A stretch of 64,000 nucleotides of DNA from Lachnospiraceae bacterium (GCA_017396675.1 JAFQLB010000057.1:6771-70770); one strand, 5' to 3'; counted from the first letter of the stretch, positions 1-11,295 are shown. Numbers and translations are program-made. The notes: generated by a model from the sequence alone, not told the origin.

Positions 1-528
1 TCGGAAGACCGCCGGGGCGTGGGATTGCTTCTGGAGGAATCCATTCAGGAGAATATTGCCTTTACCTCCATGCAGATTCAGAATCGCTTTTTGAAAAACT
101 ACGGTCCCGTCAAATTGATGGATAAGGCCGGAATCCGGGCTCATGCCCAGGAAATGATTGAAAAGCTGGATATTCGCTGTACGGGACCCGATCAGTATGT
201 GGGAAGACTGTCCGGCGGCAATCAGCAAAAGGTGTGCCTTGCCAGAGCACTGACCATGAATCCGGCACTTCTGATTGTTTCGGAGCCCACCAGAGGTATT
301 GATATCGGAGCAAAGAAGCTGGTTCTGGAGCTGCTGGGCAAGATGAATCGTGAGCAGGGGATGACCATTATTATGATCAGTTCCGAGTTAAACGAGTTAA
401 GAAGCCTGTGTGATCGTATTGCCATTGTGTCTGATGGAAAGCTGACGGGAATTTTTGCTCCGGATGCGTCCGATGCGGAATACGGTATGGCTATGTCAGG
501 GATGAAGAAAGGAGGGGAGACACAATGA
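1..528 (+). CDS. ABC transporter ATP-binding protein, C-terminal part (5' end outside window)
   Basis: Frame is open from the window edge. It carries the ABC signature LSGGNQQKV and Walker B-like LLIVSEPTRGID. The stop overlaps the next start (ATGA). It resembles the second nucleotide-binding domain of sugar/nucleoside (CUT2-type) ATPases. Confidence 0.85.
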   Translation, partial: SEDRRGVGLLLEESIQENIAFTSMQIQNRFLKNYGPVKLMDKAGIRAHAQEMIEKLDIRCTGPDQYVGRLSGGNQQKVCLARALTMNPALLIVSEPTRGIDIGAKKLVLELLGKMNREQGMTIIMISSELNELRSLCDRIAIVSDGKLTGIFAPDASDAEYGMAMSGMKKGGETQ

Positions 529-1622
529 CAAAGGAAAAATTCAAAAAAGCGATTGATGTGATCGGTCTGCCCCGATTGATTGTGTTTTGTTTCTTTATTG
601 CGATTATTATCACGGCTTATGTGAACGGAATTAACGTTCCTTCCTTTTTCTCCTCTACCATTAAGTATTGGGGAATGTGGTGTGTTCTGGTGTTGGCTAT
701 GATTCCCACCATTAAGTGTGGAATCGGCCCCAACTTCGGTATCAGTCTCGGTATTGTATGCGGAATCCTGGGAACATTGCTGGCCATTGAGTTTGAGATT
801 ACGGCTCTCGTGGATGGTATGGTTCCGGGACTGGGTCCGTGGGTGGCCATGCTGTTTGCCATGGTAATTTCCGCAGCGGTAGCTTGGCTGGTGGGGATCG
901 GATACGGTAAGCTGCTGAACCTTGTGAAGGGCTCCGAGATGACGGTAACCACATATATCGGTTATTCTGTGATTTATTTGATGTGTATTGTATGGTTCCG
1001 TGCGCCTTTTTCCAGCGGTGAGATCATTTGGAATCTGGGCGGTAAAGGTGTACGTAATTCGGTATCTATGGAAAGCAGCTTCGGGAACCTGCTGAACGAT
1101 GCATTTGGTTTTTACATCGGAGGAGAATCCGGGATTTACATTCCTACGGGATTGATTCTCTTTTGTTTGTTGATGTGTCTGGTGGTGCACCTGTATTTTA
1201 AGAGTAAGACAGGCTTGGCCATAGCCGCCTCCGGATCCAATCCCACCTTTGCCCGTGCAAGCGGAATCAATGTGGATAAGATGAGGGTGAAAGGGATTGC
1301 CATGTCAACTATGCTGGGAGCTGTCGGTATTGTGGTCTATAATCAGGGCTTTGGCTTCCTGCAGGCCTACGGTGCTCCGCTGCAGATGGGCTTCCTGTGT
1401 GTAGCCTCCGTATTGATCGGTGGTGCCACCACAACCAAGGCAACCATTCTGCATGTCATCATTGGTACGTTTCTGTATCAGGGTCTGATTATTTTTACAC
1501 CTCCCGTGTCCAACGAGCTGTTGGCAGGAACGGATATTTCAGATACCATGCGTCAGATCATCCAGAACGGCGTTATTCTGTACGCTCTGGCGAAAGCGAA
1601 AGGAGGTTCTTCGCATGAATAA
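525..1622 (+). CDS. ABC transporter permease (CUT2 sugar/nucleoside type)
   Basis: 365-aa multi-pass hydrophobic protein. RBS AAGGAGGGGA lies upstream. It is translationally coupled to the ATPase and to the next permease. Confidence 0.8.
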   Translation: MTKEKFKKAIDVIGLPRLIVFCFFIAIIITAYVNGINVPSFFSSTIKYWGMWCVLVLAMIPTIKCGIGPNFGISLGIVCGILGTLLAIEFEITALVDGMVPGLGPWVAMLFAMVISAAVAWLVGIGYGKLLNLVKGSEMTVTTYIGYSVIYLMCIVWFRAPFSSGEIIWNLGGKGVRNSVSMESSFGNLLNDAFGFYIGGESGIYIPTGLILFCLLMCLVVHLYFKSKTGLAIAASGSNPTFARASGINVDKMRVKGIAMSTMLGAVGIVVYNQGFGFLQAYGAPLQMGFLCVASVLIGGATTTKATILHVIIGTFLYQGLIIFTPPVSNELLAGTDISDTMRQIIQNGVILYALAKAKGGSSHE

Positions 1623-3141
1623 GAATTCCGTGGCCGGAAATAATTCCGGAGAATCTTTAAAAAGAGCCTTATTCGACAATAAGGTTATCATTATGCTGGT
1701 TGTGCTGTGTTTTGCATGTATTCTTATTGCGGATACCAACGTCTCCTACATTGCATCCGAAGTATTTACCAGATTCGGTCGTAATACCTGTCTTGTACTG
1801 GCGCTGATCATTCCATGTCTGGCGGGACTGGGAATGAATTTCGGTATCGTAATCGGGGCCACGGCAGCTCAGATTGCCATTTTCTGGGTCGTACACTGGG
1901 GCTTTACGGGTATCTTCGGTTTTCTTCTGTGTGTTGTACTTTGTACGCCTCTGGCTCTTGTATTCGGTTATCTGCTGGGAAAGCTCTACAATAAAACAAA
2001 GGGCGCAGAAATGATTACCGGTCTTGTGCTGGGATTCTTTGCAGACGGTTTGTATCGCCTGTTCGTCCTTTATATAATTGGCGGCGTCATTCCTTACGAT
2101 GATCCCAACCTTTTGGATCGTGGCTTCGGCTTGAGGAATGCCTTTGATCTGACGGGGAATATCAAATATGCGCTGGATGACATCAGCTTTTTGACGGTGC
2201 TGGCACTCGTCAGTATTTTGATGATTCTTTCAACTCTGGCTGTCAGTCTGCATGATAAGAAAAAGGGCAACCCCATGGACAGCAAAAAAATCGGAATCCG
2301 ATTGGTGACGGGTGCAGCCGTGCTGGTTTTCAGCTTTGTTGCACGTATGATCCCCATCACCAACCAATTGTTCGGAGGAACAAGACTGATCTTTACGGAT
2401 GCTGCCCTGTTTGGCGGCCTGGGCTTGATTCTTTATGGGATCATGGGATTCCTGATCCGTCGTTCCAAAGGAGAAAAGGGTCCTGGAAAAGCCATAGGTA
2501 CTGCCGTACTGGGAGGACTGCTGATGGCAGGTACAGTAATTGCGCCCGTCAGAGAGATTTATCAGTCTATCCAGCTGCCGGCTGCGGCCTACGCTGTGAT
2601 CTGTATTTTCTGTATGTTCAATAACTGGATCACAAATACAAGGCTGGGACAGAACATGAGAACCGTGGGACAGAGCAGGAGTGTAGCCACTTCCGCAGGT
2701 ATCAATGTGGATAAAACACGTATCATTGCCACCTGCATTTCCACTGTTTTGGCAGCCTGGGGACAGATGATTTTCCTGCAGAATCTTGGAACCTTCAATA
2801 CCGTACAGCAGCAAAGTAATGTGGGACTGTATGCAGTAGCTGCCATTCTGGTGGGCGGTGCTACGGTACAGAAAGCCAATAACAAGCAGGCAGTCATCGG
2901 TGTATTCCTGTTCCATACGCTGTTTGTGGTGGCTCCCCTGGCCGCTACCAAGGTGGTGGGAGATTCTGCCATCAGTGAATATATCCGAATGTTTATCTCC
3001 TATGGAATTATCGCCGTATCCTTGGCCATGCATGCCTGGAAATCGGCGGGAGGAAACAAGAACAAGGGTGCGGATGCACAAACTGCCGCTGCTGTGGCGG
3101 TGACCTCCGGTGCATCGGATCTGCCGGATTCTTCTTCATAA
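1615..3141 (+). CDS. ABC transporter permease (second, long form)
   Basis: 508-aa polytopic membrane protein. It overlaps the upstream permease by 8 nt, giving the typical two-permease arrangement. Confidence 0.8.
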   Translation: MNKNSVAGNNSGESLKRALFDNKVIIMLVVLCFACILIADTNVSYIASEVFTRFGRNTCLVLALIIPCLAGLGMNFGIVIGATAAQIAIFWVVHWGFTGIFGFLLCVVLCTPLALVFGYLLGKLYNKTKGAEMITGLVLGFFADGLYRLFVLYIIGGVIPYDDPNLLDRGFGLRNAFDLTGNIKYALDDISFLTVLALVSILMILSTLAVSLHDKKKGNPMDSKKIGIRLVTGAAVLVFSFVARMIPITNQLFGGTRLIFTDAALFGGLGLILYGIMGFLIRRSKGEKGPGKAIGTAVLGGLLMAGTVIAPVREIYQSIQLPAAAYAVICIFCMFNNWITNTRLGQNMRTVGQSRSVATSAGINVDKTRIIATCISTVLAAWGQMIFLQNLGTFNTVQQQSNVGLYAVAAILVGGATVQKANNKQAVIGVFLFHTLFVVAPLAATKVVGDSAISEYIRMFISYGIIAVSLAMHAWKSAGGNKNKGADAQTAAAVAVTSGASDLPDSSS

Positions 3142-3151
3142 GGAGTTTGTT

Positions 3152-4057
3152 ATGCCCATTAAAACGCAAAGTGATCTCCCTGCAAAGGAGATTCTGGAGA
3201 ATGAAAATATATTTGTAATGGATGAGTACCGGGCCATTCATCAGGATATACGGCCCCTGCAGATTGCTATTTTGAATCTGATGCCCATCAAGGAGGATAC
3301 GGAGCTGCAACTGCTGCGCGCCATGTCCAATACACCGCTGCAGATCGATGTGACTTTTGTAAAGATGAACAGCCACCTGTCTTTGCATACCTCTGCCAAC
3401 CATCTGAACCGTTTTTATGTCACCTTTGATGAGATCAAATATCGCAGATGGGACGGTCTTTTGATTACCGGGGCGCCGGTGGAGCATCTGCCTTTTGAAG
3501 AGGTGGATTACTGGCAGGAATTATGCGAGATCATGGAATGGTCTAAGACCCATGTAACCTCTACACTGCACATCTGCTGGGGTGCGCAGGCAGGGCTGTA
3601 TTATCACTATGGGCTGGATAAGGTGCTGCTGCCGGAGAAGATGTTCGGTGTTTTTGAACACAGAGTGATGAAACGGAAAAACCCGTTGGTTCGGGGGTTT
3701 GATGATTACTTTTTTATTCCTCACAGCAGACATACCACGGTTCCGGCAGAAAAGTTCCATGAATGTGAGGCACTGACAGTGCTTGCGGAATCCGATGAGG
3801 CCGGTGTGATGCTGGCCATTGCGGAGGAAGGAAAGTATATCTTTGTTATGGGACATCCGGAGTATGACAGACTGACGCTTCGGAATGAATATTTCCGTGA
3901 TAAAGAAAAAGGACTTCCCATCAATCTGCCTAAGAATTATTTTCCGGATGATGATGAGACGAAGAAGCCAAAGCTGCAGTGGAGATCTCACAGCAACAAT
4001 CTGTACAGCAACTGGCTCAATTACTATGTGTATCAGATAACGGATTATGAATTGTAG
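3152..4057 (+). CDS. metA: Homoserine O-acyltransferase (MetA family)
   Basis: The N-terminus [23 protein letters not shown] is the classic MetA start. RBS AGGAG lies at 3141-3145. I prefer ATG 3152 over the ORF-track ATG 3110, which lies inside the permease gene. Confidence 0.9.
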   Translation: MPIKTQSDLPAKEILENENIFVMDEYRAIHQDIRPLQIAILNLMPIKEDTELQLLRAMSNTPLQIDVTFVKMNSHLSLHTSANHLNRFYVTFDEIKYRRWDGLLITGAPVEHLPFEEVDYWQELCEIMEWSKTHVTSTLHICWGAQAGLYYHYGLDKVLLPEKMFGVFEHRVMKRKNPLVRGFDDYFFIPHSRHTTVPAEKFHECEALTVLAESDEAGVMLAIAEEGKYIFVMGHPEYDRLTLRNEYFRDKEKGLPINLPKNYFPDDDETKKPKLQWRSHSNNLYSNWLNYYVYQITDYEL

Positions 4058-4077
4058 AAAATCGGGATTAAAATAAG

Positions 4078-4117
4078 CCGGGACAAAAGGCTGTGGCCTT
4101 TTGTCCCGGCTTTTTGG
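4078..4117. terminator. Bidirectional intrinsic terminator between convergent metA and ptsH
   Basis: Perfect 13-bp stem CCGGGACAAAAGG (4078-4090) pairs with CCTTTTGTCCCGG (4097-4109) around a 6-nt loop. A T-run follows on the + strand and an A-run precedes it. Confidence 0.75.
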
Positions 4118-4390
4118 CTATTCTTCTCCGAATCCCTCCTGAATCAAAGCGATCAGTTCTTTGACTGCGGCCGTTTCGTCTTCACCCTCCGCACACAGGG
4201 ATATTTCGGTACCCTGTGTCAGTGCCAGAGTCATGACCTGCATCAGAGCCTTTGCATCGGCGGCTTTCCCTGTTTTTAAATTCTTAATTGTAATTTGGGA
4301 TTTATAGTTTCTTGCGGCCGTAACGAAAGCGGCAGCGGGACGGGCATGAAGTCCTGTTTTGTTGGTAATGGTGGTTGTTTGTTCGTACAT
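4118..4390 (-). CDS. ptsH: Phosphocarrier protein HPr
   Basis: 90 aa with the His15 motif TGLHARPA and HPr-length architecture. The position equivalent to the regulatory Ser46 is Ala (KALMQVM). Confidence 0.9.
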   Translation of the reverse strand: MYEQTTTITNKTGLHARPAAAFVTAARNYKSQITIKNLKTGKAADAKALMQVMTLALTQGTEISLCAEGEDETAAVKELIALIQEGFGEE

Positions 4391-4474
4391 GTTTGTATCC
4401 TTTCAGAAGAAATAATTTGATGATTTTAAAGTTATCCTTATCCACCGAGCGTGCCCTTACCAAGCTACGGTATA

Positions 4475-4503
4475 AATATAAAATGATTACAAATATCTGT
4501 CAA
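4475..4503 (-). promoter_or_regulatory. Putative sigma-A promoter of ptsH
   Basis: On the minus strand, TTGACA (4503-4498) is followed by a 17-nt spacer and TATATT (4480-4475). Confidence 0.5.
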
Positions 4504-4693
4504 GTGTATTTAAAAATTGGAAAATATAGAAAAAGAATGAAAAATGGAAGAAATTGTAATACGATTCATGGAAATTTCAACAGATGGGCGGAACGGCAAG
4601 AAAATTCGCTGTAAACAGGTATTGACAAACGACGCCTCTGCGGTGACAATCATTATACGCTATACTCGTGAAAAAGGAGGAAGCATAGGGGCA

Positions 4694-5011
4694 ATGATCC
4701 AAGGAAGAGAAATATCCCTGGAATTTATAAAAAAGGAAGCATATACCGGCAGCTATCAAGGTATGCGTTATCTGCTGGAGACAGTTACTCCGCCGGCAGA
4801 GGAGGGAGAAGGGAGAGAAGAAAGCGGGCAAAAATGGGAGAAGGCAATTCGGGCGGTAATTTGGCCGGAGCCTTACAATTACGGAAAAACACCGGAGCAA
4901 AGGAAGCAGCAGCGGCTTTTCCCGCTGTCAAGCGAGGGAAAAGACGCTGCCGTAGAGTGGCTGAATGAACAATATGTGCAGCAGAAGAGCTTGTGGAACA
5001 CGTCAAGATAG
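4694..5011 (+). CDS. Hypothetical protein (short form of ORF 4544..5011)
   Basis: An internal ATG is preceded by AAAAAGGAGG at 4672-4681, whereas the ORF-track start at 4544 has no RBS. I recognise no domain. Confidence 0.35.
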   Translation: MIQGREISLEFIKKEAYTGSYQGMRYLLETVTPPAEEGEGREESGQKWEKAIRAVIWPEPYNYGKTPEQRKQQRLFPLSSEGKDAAVEWLNEQYVQQKSLWNTSR

Positions 5012-5157
5012 TCGGCGGTGAAATAAGAAATCGTAAGCTGAAAAAGTGCCGCTGGGACGACCACCTTCTGTTTCGGCGGAATCCCACTTTGACTTTCGAG
5101 ATTTATCGTCTCCTGCTTTTCAAATGCCCGTTAGCGACCCTGCACGTGAACTCAGCC

Positions 5158-8100
5158 TTAGGATACCGTCTCCGCAAGCTTCTTTTTTGCGGTGGAAAGC
5201 ATCAATTTGATTCGGTTCAGCTGATTGACCTCACTGGCACCGGGATCGTAGTCGATGGCTACCACATTGGACTGCGGAAATTGTCGGCGCAGTTCCTTGA
5301 TCACGCCTTTTCCAACCACATGGTTAGGCAGACAGCCGAAGGGCTGTGCACATACGATATTGGGAACGCCGCTGTGGATCAGCTCGATCATTTCCCCCGT
5401 TAAAAACCATCCTTCTCCCGTCTGATTGCCGATAGAGACGATGGAGCTGGCGTATTTGGCAAGCTGCCGTATCTTGGCAGGGGGCACAAAATGCCGGCTC
5501 TTTTTCAGTGCTTTGGCTGCAGGCGCACGCAGCATCTGCAATGCGCTGATCCCGAGTCCGCAGAGATAGGCGGCTTTTTTACTGGTACCCAGTTGCCTGG
5601 CCTTGTAAATCTGATTATAAAAGCAATACAGAATAAAATCCAAAAGATCCGGCATGACAGCCTCCGCACCCTCCGTCTCCAACAGCTCAACAAGATGATT
5701 GTTGCCGGCGGGAGAGAATTTTACAAGAATTTCCCCGACGATCCCGACTCTTGGTTTTTTCAGTTCCTCCTGAATGGGAAGGCGGTCGAAGTCCCGGATG
5801 ATGCCGTGGCAGATTCGGGCAAATTCCAGGAACTGAGGATGTTTTTTCTGAACAAAGGTCTGACAGACCGAGAGCCATTTCTGATGGATGGCTTCTGCGC
5901 TGCCGGGCGTTTTTTCATATGGGCGCATACGATAGAGACAGCGCATAAATAAATCTCCGAAAATAGCGCCGTAAACCACTCTAAGCAACAAAGAGGGGGA
6001 TATATGAAAGCCGGAATTGGTCTCGATACCGCCAAAGTTTAAAGAGATTACGGGAACCTGAGTCATATCCGCTTTCTCCAGAGCTCTTCGAATAAATCCT
6101 ATGTAGTTGGTGGCACGACAGCCGCCTCCTGTCTGAGTAATAATAACGGCGGTTTTATTCAGGTCGTATTTACCGCTCTGCAGTGCTTCCATAATCTGCC
6201 CCACTACCAGCAGAGAAGGGTAGCAGGCGTCGTTGTTTACATATTTTAGTCCGATATCGATGGCCTGTCTGTTATCATTGTCAAGCACCTCAAAATGATA
6301 TCCGCAGTGCCGGAAGGCAGGTGCGATAATATCAAAATGAATGGGAGACAGCTGCGGACAGAGAATGGTATATTCCGGTTTCATGTCCTCTGTAAACTCT
6401 CTCCTGCAGATGGCAGAGGATGCCACGGTTCTTTCGGCATTTGATTTTTTCTTTTCCTCAATGGCGGCCAACAGAGACCGGATCCGGATGCGGGCAGCGC
6501 CCAGATTATTGACTTCATCAATCTTCAGGCAGGTGTAGATCTTCTCCGATCCGCTCATGATATCCCGCACCTGATCTGTGGTAACGGCATCCAGACCGCA
6601 GCCAAAGGAATTCAGCTGTACCAGATCAAGAGAATCCGTTGTCTTCACATAAGAAGCTGCAGCATACAGACGAGAGTGATACATCCACTGATCGGATACC
6701 AGCAGAGGGCGTTCTGGCGCTTTCAGATGAGAGATGGAATCCTCCGTTAAAACAGCCATATCATAGGAAGTGATCAGTTCCGGAATTCCATGGTTGATCT
6801 CGGGATCCAGATGATAGGGACGGCCGGCAAGAACAATGCCGTGGCTGCCTGTTTCTTCCAGCCAGGAGAGTACTTCTTCCCCTTTCCTGCGGATATCCCT
6901 GCGCATAGCGTCCTGTTCCAGCCAACCGGCATGGATGGCTTCTGCAAGCTGTGCGGAGGGAATATCGGGAAATTCCTTTTCCAATGCCAGAAGGATGGTA
7001 TCTTCGGAAAGGAAGGACATAAACGGGTTCTTGAAAATCACGCTGCCGCCTCTGATCTCCTCCACATTGTTTTTAATGTTTTCCGAGTAGGAGGTTACAA
7101 TGGGACAATTATAATGGTCATTGGCTTCCGGAAATTCCATCCGCTCATAGAACAGAGCAGGATAGAAAATAAAATCCACTCCCTCATGAATCAGCCAGCT
7201 GATATGGCCGTGAACCAGCTTGGCAGGGTAGCATTCCGATTCGCTGGGAATGGATTCCATGCCAAGCTCATACAGCTTGTGGGTAGAAACGGGAGATACG
7301 ACAACCCGGTACCCCAATCGGGTAAAAAAAGTAAACCAGAAGGGATAGTTTTCATACATGTTCAGGACTCTGGGAATCCCCACAGTTCCTCTGAAGGCTT
7401 GGTCAGCCGGCAATGGTTCATATCCGAACAATCGTTTCTGCTTGTAAGCATAGAGATTGGGGATGTGGGAGTTTCGCTTGTGATTGCCGATGCCCCTTTC
7501 GCAGCGGTTGCCGGAAATATACTGACGGCCGCCGGAAAAACGATTGGCGGTCAGACGGCAGGCATTGGTGCAGCCTCTGCATTTGGAGGTGCTGGTCTCA
7601 AACACAAAAGAGTTCAGCTGGGACAGAGATAAGAGTGAGGTGCGATATCCCTCCGCATGCCGTGCTCTGGCAATCAGGGCAGCACCGAAGGCTCCCATGA
7701 TCCCGGCAATGTCGGGACGAACCACCTGACAGTCTGCGATGACCTCCAGACTGCGAAGGACGGCGTCGTTGTAGAAGGTACCTCCCTGTACCACGATATG
7801 GGTTCCCAGATCGGAAGCATCCGAGACTTTGATTACCTTGAACAATGCGTTTTTTATGACGCTGTAAGCCAGACCTGCGGAGATATCGGAGACAGGCGCA
7901 CCTTCCTTCTGAGCCTGTTTTACCTTGGAATTCATAAATACGGTACAGCGTGTGCCAAGATCGATGGGGTGCTGAGCAAAAAGCGCAGCGGAGGCAAACT
8001 CCCGGACATCCATGTTCAGGGAATTGGCAAAGGTTTCGATAAAGGAACCGCAGCCGGAGGAACAGGCTTCATTCAGCTGTACACTGTCCACGGTTCCGTT

Positions 8101-9396
8101 CTTTATTCTGATGCATTTCATATCCTGACCGCCGATGTCCAGAATACAGTCTACCTGCGGGTCAAAAAAGGCAGCTGCATGATAGTGGGCAACGGTTTCC
8201 ACTTCTCCCTCATCCAGTAAAAAGGCGGCTTTCATCAGTGATTCACCGTAGCCCGTTGAGCAGGAATGAACGATCCGTGCACCCTCCGGAAGCCGGTGAT
8301 AGATCTCCTTTAGAGCATCCAGAGCCGTTTGCAGGGGGCTGCCGTTATTGCTGTTGTAAAAGGAATACAGCAATTCGCCCTGCTGCGATATGAGAGCGAT
8401 TTTTGTGGTTGTACTGCCCGCGTCAATGCCAAGATAGCAGTCGCCCCGGTAGGTCTCAAGATCTGCGGTACGTACCTTACCGGCGCTGTGGCGCAGTGTA
8501 AAATCCGCATACTCCTCCCGGGAGGAAAACAGCGGTGAGAGACGCTCCACCTCAAATCCGATGTCTACCTTCCGCTCCAGAATCCCAAGTAAGTCATCCA
8601 GAGCAAGGGTGACGGAGGTTTTCGCATTCATGGCGGCTCCCATGGCGGCAAAGAGATGGGAATGGGCAAGATCGATGACATGAGCCGCATCCAGCTTCAA
8701 AGTACGGATAAACGCTGCTTTCAATTCCGAAAGGAAATGGAGAGGCCCTCCCAAAAATGCAATGTGACCGCGAATGGGCTTTCCGCAGGCCAGACCGCTG
8801 ATGGTCTGATTCACCACAGCCTGAAAAATGGAAGCTGCCAGATCCTCCTTGGCGGCCCCTTCATTGATCAGAGGCTGGATATCCGACTTTGCAAAAACAC
8901 CGCACCTAGCCGCAATGGTGTAGAGGGACTGATAGCTTTTGGAATACTCGTTCAGTCCCGCCGCATCCGTCTGCAGCAAGGAGGCCATCTGGTCGATAAA
9001 GGAACCGGTTCCTCCGGCGCAGATACCGTTCATCCGCTGCTCGATGCCTCCGTTGTCAAAATAGATGATCTTGGCGTCTTCGCCGCCCAGTTCAATGGCA
9101 ACATCTGTCTCGGGGGCCAAGGTCTTCAGAGCCGTGGAAACGGCGATTACCTCCTGTTCAAAGGGGATCCCCAGTAAATTGGCCAGTGCAAGACCTCCGG
9201 AGCCGGTGATCACGGGATGGAGGGAGACCTTGCCCAAATGCTGTCCGGCTTTGGAAAGCAGAGCATGCAGGGTTTCCTGAATATTGGCAAAATGCCGTTC
9301 ATAATCTGCAAACAGCAGTGTGTTTTTTTCATCTAAGACGGCGATCTTCACGGTGGTGGAGCCGATGTCGATGCCCAGTGTATGGCTTGTATTCAT
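5158..9396 (-). CDS. Acyl-CoA dehydratase activase-related fusion protein (two BcrAD/BadFG ATPase domains plus a dehydratase-like C-terminal region)
   Basis: 1412 aa. Two actin-fold ATPase starts are present ([15 protein letters not shown] and [14 protein letters not shown]). Each is followed by the cluster-bridging Cys region (CAGGTGSF and CSSGCGSF). The long C-terminal part resembles the uncharacterised activase-associated domain. Confidence 0.85.
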   Translation of the reverse strand: MNTSHTLGIDIGSTTVKIAVLDEKNTLLFADYERHFANIQETLHALLSKAGQHLGKVSLHPVITGSGGLALANLLGIPFEQEVIAVSTALKTLAPETDVAIELGGEDAKIIYFDNGGIEQRMNGICAGGTGSFIDQMASLLQTDAAGLNEYSKSYQSLYTIAARCGVFAKSDIQPLINEGAAKEDLAASIFQAVVNQTISGLACGKPIRGHIAFLGGPLHFLSELKAAFIRTLKLDAAHVIDLAHSHLFAAMGAAMNAKTSVTLALDDLLGILERKVDIGFEVERLSPLFSSREEYADFTLRHSAGKVRTADLETYRGDCYLGIDAGSTTTKIALISQQGELLYSFYNSNNGSPLQTALDALKEIYHRLPEGARIVHSCSTGYGESLMKAAFLLDEGEVETVAHYHAAAFFDPQVDCILDIGGQDMKCIRIKNGTVDSVQLNEACSSGCGSFIETFANSLNMDVREFASAALFAQHPIDLGTRCTVFMNSKVKQAQKEGAPVSDISAGLAYSVIKNALFKVIKVSDASDLGTHIVVQGGTFYNDAVLRSLEVIADCQVVRPDIAGIMGAFGAALIARARHAEGYRTSLLSLSQLNSFVFETSTSKCRGCTNACRLTANRFSGGRQYISGNRCERGIGNHKRNSHIPNLYAYKQKRLFGYEPLPADQAFRGTVGIPRVLNMYENYPFWFTFFTRLGYRVVVSPVSTHKLYELGMESIPSESECYPAKLVHGHISWLIHEGVDFIFYPALFYERMEFPEANDHYNCPIVTSYSENIKNNVEEIRGGSVIFKNPFMSFLSEDTILLALEKEFPDIPSAQLAEAIHAGWLEQDAMRRDIRRKGEEVLSWLEETGSHGIVLAGRPYHLDPEINHGIPELITSYDMAVLTEDSISHLKAPERPLLVSDQWMYHSRLYAAASYVKTTDSLDLVQLNSFGCGLDAVTTDQVRDIMSGSEKIYTCLKIDEVNNLGAARIRIRSLLAAIEEKKKSNAERTVASSAICRREFTEDMKPEYTILCPQLSPIHFDIIAPAFRHCGYHFEVLDNDNRQAIDIGLKYVNNDACYPSLLVVGQIMEALQSGKYDLNKTAVIITQTGGGCRATNYIGFIRRALEKADMTQVPVISLNFGGIETNSGFHISPSLLLRVVYGAIFGDLFMRCLYRMRPYEKTPGSAEAIHQKWLSVCQTFVQKKHPQFLEFARICHGIIRDFDRLPIQEELKKPRVGIVGEILVKFSPAGNNHLVELLETEGAEAVMPDLLDFILYCFYNQIYKARQLGTSKKAAYLCGLGISALQMLRAPAAKALKKSRHFVPPAKIRQLAKYASSIVSIGNQTGEGWFLTGEMIELIHSGVPNIVCAQPFGCLPNHVVGKGVIKELRRQFPQSNVVAIDYDPGASEVNQLNRIKLMLSTAKKKLAETVS

Positions 9397-9571
9397 CTGT
9401 AAGTACCTCTATGTTATAGGAATATTGCGGTTTTTATGTAATCTGAACTATTATATACTGCACATGAATAAAATTCAATAGGACAATATTTAAGGTTTGG
9501 TAAAAAATAAGCTTGGAATGATAAAAAAGGCGGAAAACAACATAATAATTGAGAAATAGAAAATCGCAACA

Positions 9572-9600
9572 TTTACATTTGATACTTCCAATGATAAAAT
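9572..9600 (+). promoter_or_regulatory. Putative promoter of the 9634 membrane-protein gene
   Basis: TTTACA, a 17-nt spacer, then TGA-TAAAAT (extended -10), within an AT-rich divergent intergenic region. Confidence 0.45.
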
Positions 9601-9633
9601 AACTATATTTCAACGAGAAAGGAAGTACACAAT

Positions 9634-10497
9634 ATGAAGCAAAGCTTTTCTGATAAAATGGAGAGAAAGCTGGGAAAATACGCCATCCAGAATCTTTCCC
9701 TGTATCTGATCATCTGTTACGGCTTCGGTTATATCATTCAGATGGTGAATGCGGATTTCTTCGGATATCTGATCCTTGAGCCCGCTTTGATCCTGAGAGG
9801 ACAGATCTGGAGACTGATTACCTGGATTCTTGTACCGCCCTCCTCCGGCAATCTGTTCCTGGTGTTGATCATGCTGTATTTTTATTATTCTCTGGGTACC
9901 TCTCTGGAGAGGGTGTGGGGAACCTATCGATACAATCTCTATATATTTTCGGGGATGCTGTTTACCATTCTGGGAATGTTTGTGCTGTATGTGATCTTAT
10001 ACATGCGTTATGGTATGCCGGTGACAGGGATCGGCTATGTGGCAAGCACCTATTATATCAATATGTCAATATTTCTGGCTTTTTCCGTTACCTTTCCGGA
10101 TATGCAGGTACTGCTGATGTTTGTGATCCCCATCAAAGTGAAGGTATTGGGTATTATTTATGCGATCATGCTTGTGATCGAAGCCATGGGAACACGCATG
10201 GAGGGAAGGATCGTAATCCTCGCGTCCTTACTGAATTTTATTGTTTTTTTCCTGACCTCCAGAAAAAAGATTCACATGTCTCCGAAACAGTTCCACAGGA
10301 GGCAGGTATATAAACAGCAGGTACAGAAGACTCAGGCGGTAGCCAAGCATAAATGTGCGGTCTGCGGCAGAACCAGCATTACACATCCTGAGCTGGAGTT
10401 TCGTTTTTGCTCCAAATGTGAGGGGAATTACGAATACTGTCAGGAGCATTTGTTCACCCATGAACATATCCGGTATGATGGCAGTCATAAGGGCTAA
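9634..10497 (+). CDS. Rhomboid-like polytopic membrane protein with C-terminal zinc-ribbon tail
   Basis: 287 aa with six or more hydrophobic helices. It has the rhomboid-like motif GQIWRLITW but I see no GxSG catalytic serine motif. The C-terminus reads CAVCG...CSKCEG...CQEH. Confidence 0.7.
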   Translation: MKQSFSDKMERKLGKYAIQNLSLYLIICYGFGYIIQMVNADFFGYLILEPALILRGQIWRLITWILVPPSSGNLFLVLIMLYFYYSLGTSLERVWGTYRYNLYIFSGMLFTILGMFVLYVILYMRYGMPVTGIGYVASTYYINMSIFLAFSVTFPDMQVLLMFVIPIKVKVLGIIYAIMLVIEAMGTRMEGRIVILASLLNFIVFFLTSRKKIHMSPKQFHRRQVYKQQVQKTQAVAKHKCAVCGRTSITHPELEFRFCSKCEGNYEYCQEHLFTHEHIRYDGSHKG

Positions 10498-10536
10498 AAT
10501 GATACAGATTATGACAGAAAACAGGAGCGGACGGTA

Positions 10537-11295
10537 ATGAATCGGGAAATGGAATTTGCGGAAACGCTGGAGCGGATCAGGAAGCTGGCAAGGATCCAGG
10601 GAGGCTATGTGACAAAGGAGCAGGTGGAAGAAGGCTTTGGCGCCATCGGACTGAACGGTGATCAGCTGCAGCCTGTTTACGAATACCTGAAGAATAAAAA
10701 AATTGGAATTGACACTCCGCCGGAGGCAGAGGAGGTGCTGTCCCGGGAGGACAGAGATTATTTGCAGACCTATCTGCAATCTCTGAAGGAATTACCCCGG
10801 CTCTCAGAAAAGGAAAATGAGAGATACGCCCTCATGGCCATAGACGGGGATGCCCATGCCGGAGCTCAACTCCTTACATCTTATTTGCCTATGGTGGCAG
10901 AGATTGCAAGACTGTATACGGATCAGGGGGTACTGCTGGAGGATCTGATCGGAGAAGGGAATCTTGCGCTCACCGCAGGGATGGAGATGCTGGGATGTGT
11001 GGAAACGCCGGAGGAGATTCCCGGAATGCTGGGAAAGCTGATCATGGACGGGATGGAAAGGTGCATTGCGCAGACGGAGGAGGACAGAAAGCGGGATGCC
11101 TGTCTTCTGGAAAAAATCCGGCATGTTTCAGATCAGGCCGGAGAGCTGAAAGAGCTTTTGGGACGTGACGTAACGGTGGCAGAGCTGGTGAAGGAATCCG
11201 GAATGAAGGAAGAAGATATTCGTGAGCTGATTCGGCTTTGCGGCGGAAAAATGGAGTATGTTCAACAGGAAAAAGAGGGTGAATCGGTTGAGTAA
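10537..11295 (+). CDS. Sigma-70-related protein lacking recognisable -10 and -35 binding regions
   Basis: 252 aa. There is a region 1.2/2.1/2.2-like stretch (DYLQTYLQSLKELPRLSEKE...LLTSYLPMVAEIARLYTDQGVLLEDLIGEGNLAL). I see no region 2.3/2.4 aromatic block and no region 4 helix-turn-helix. Confidence 0.6.
   Translation: MNREMEFAETLERIRKLARIQGGYVTKEQVEEGFGAIGLNGDQLQPVYEYLKNKKIGIDTPPEAEEVLSREDRDYLQTYLQSLKELPRLSEKENERYALMAIDGDAHAGAQLLTSYLPMVAEIARLYTDQGVLLEDLIGEGNLALTAGMEMLGCVETPEEIPGMLGKLIMDGMERCIAQTEEDRKRDACLLEKIRHVSDQAGELKELLGRDVTVAELVKESGMKEEDIRELIRLCGGKMEYVQQEKEGESVE

Noticed and set aside
222-1190. 322-aa minus-strand ORF antisense to the ABC ATPase and permease genes
   Set aside because: It lies entirely opposite well-supported + strand genes. 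Its composition is odd (rich in His, Gln, Arg, Asn and Pro), it has no RBS, and I recognise no domain. It is a typical shadow ORF.
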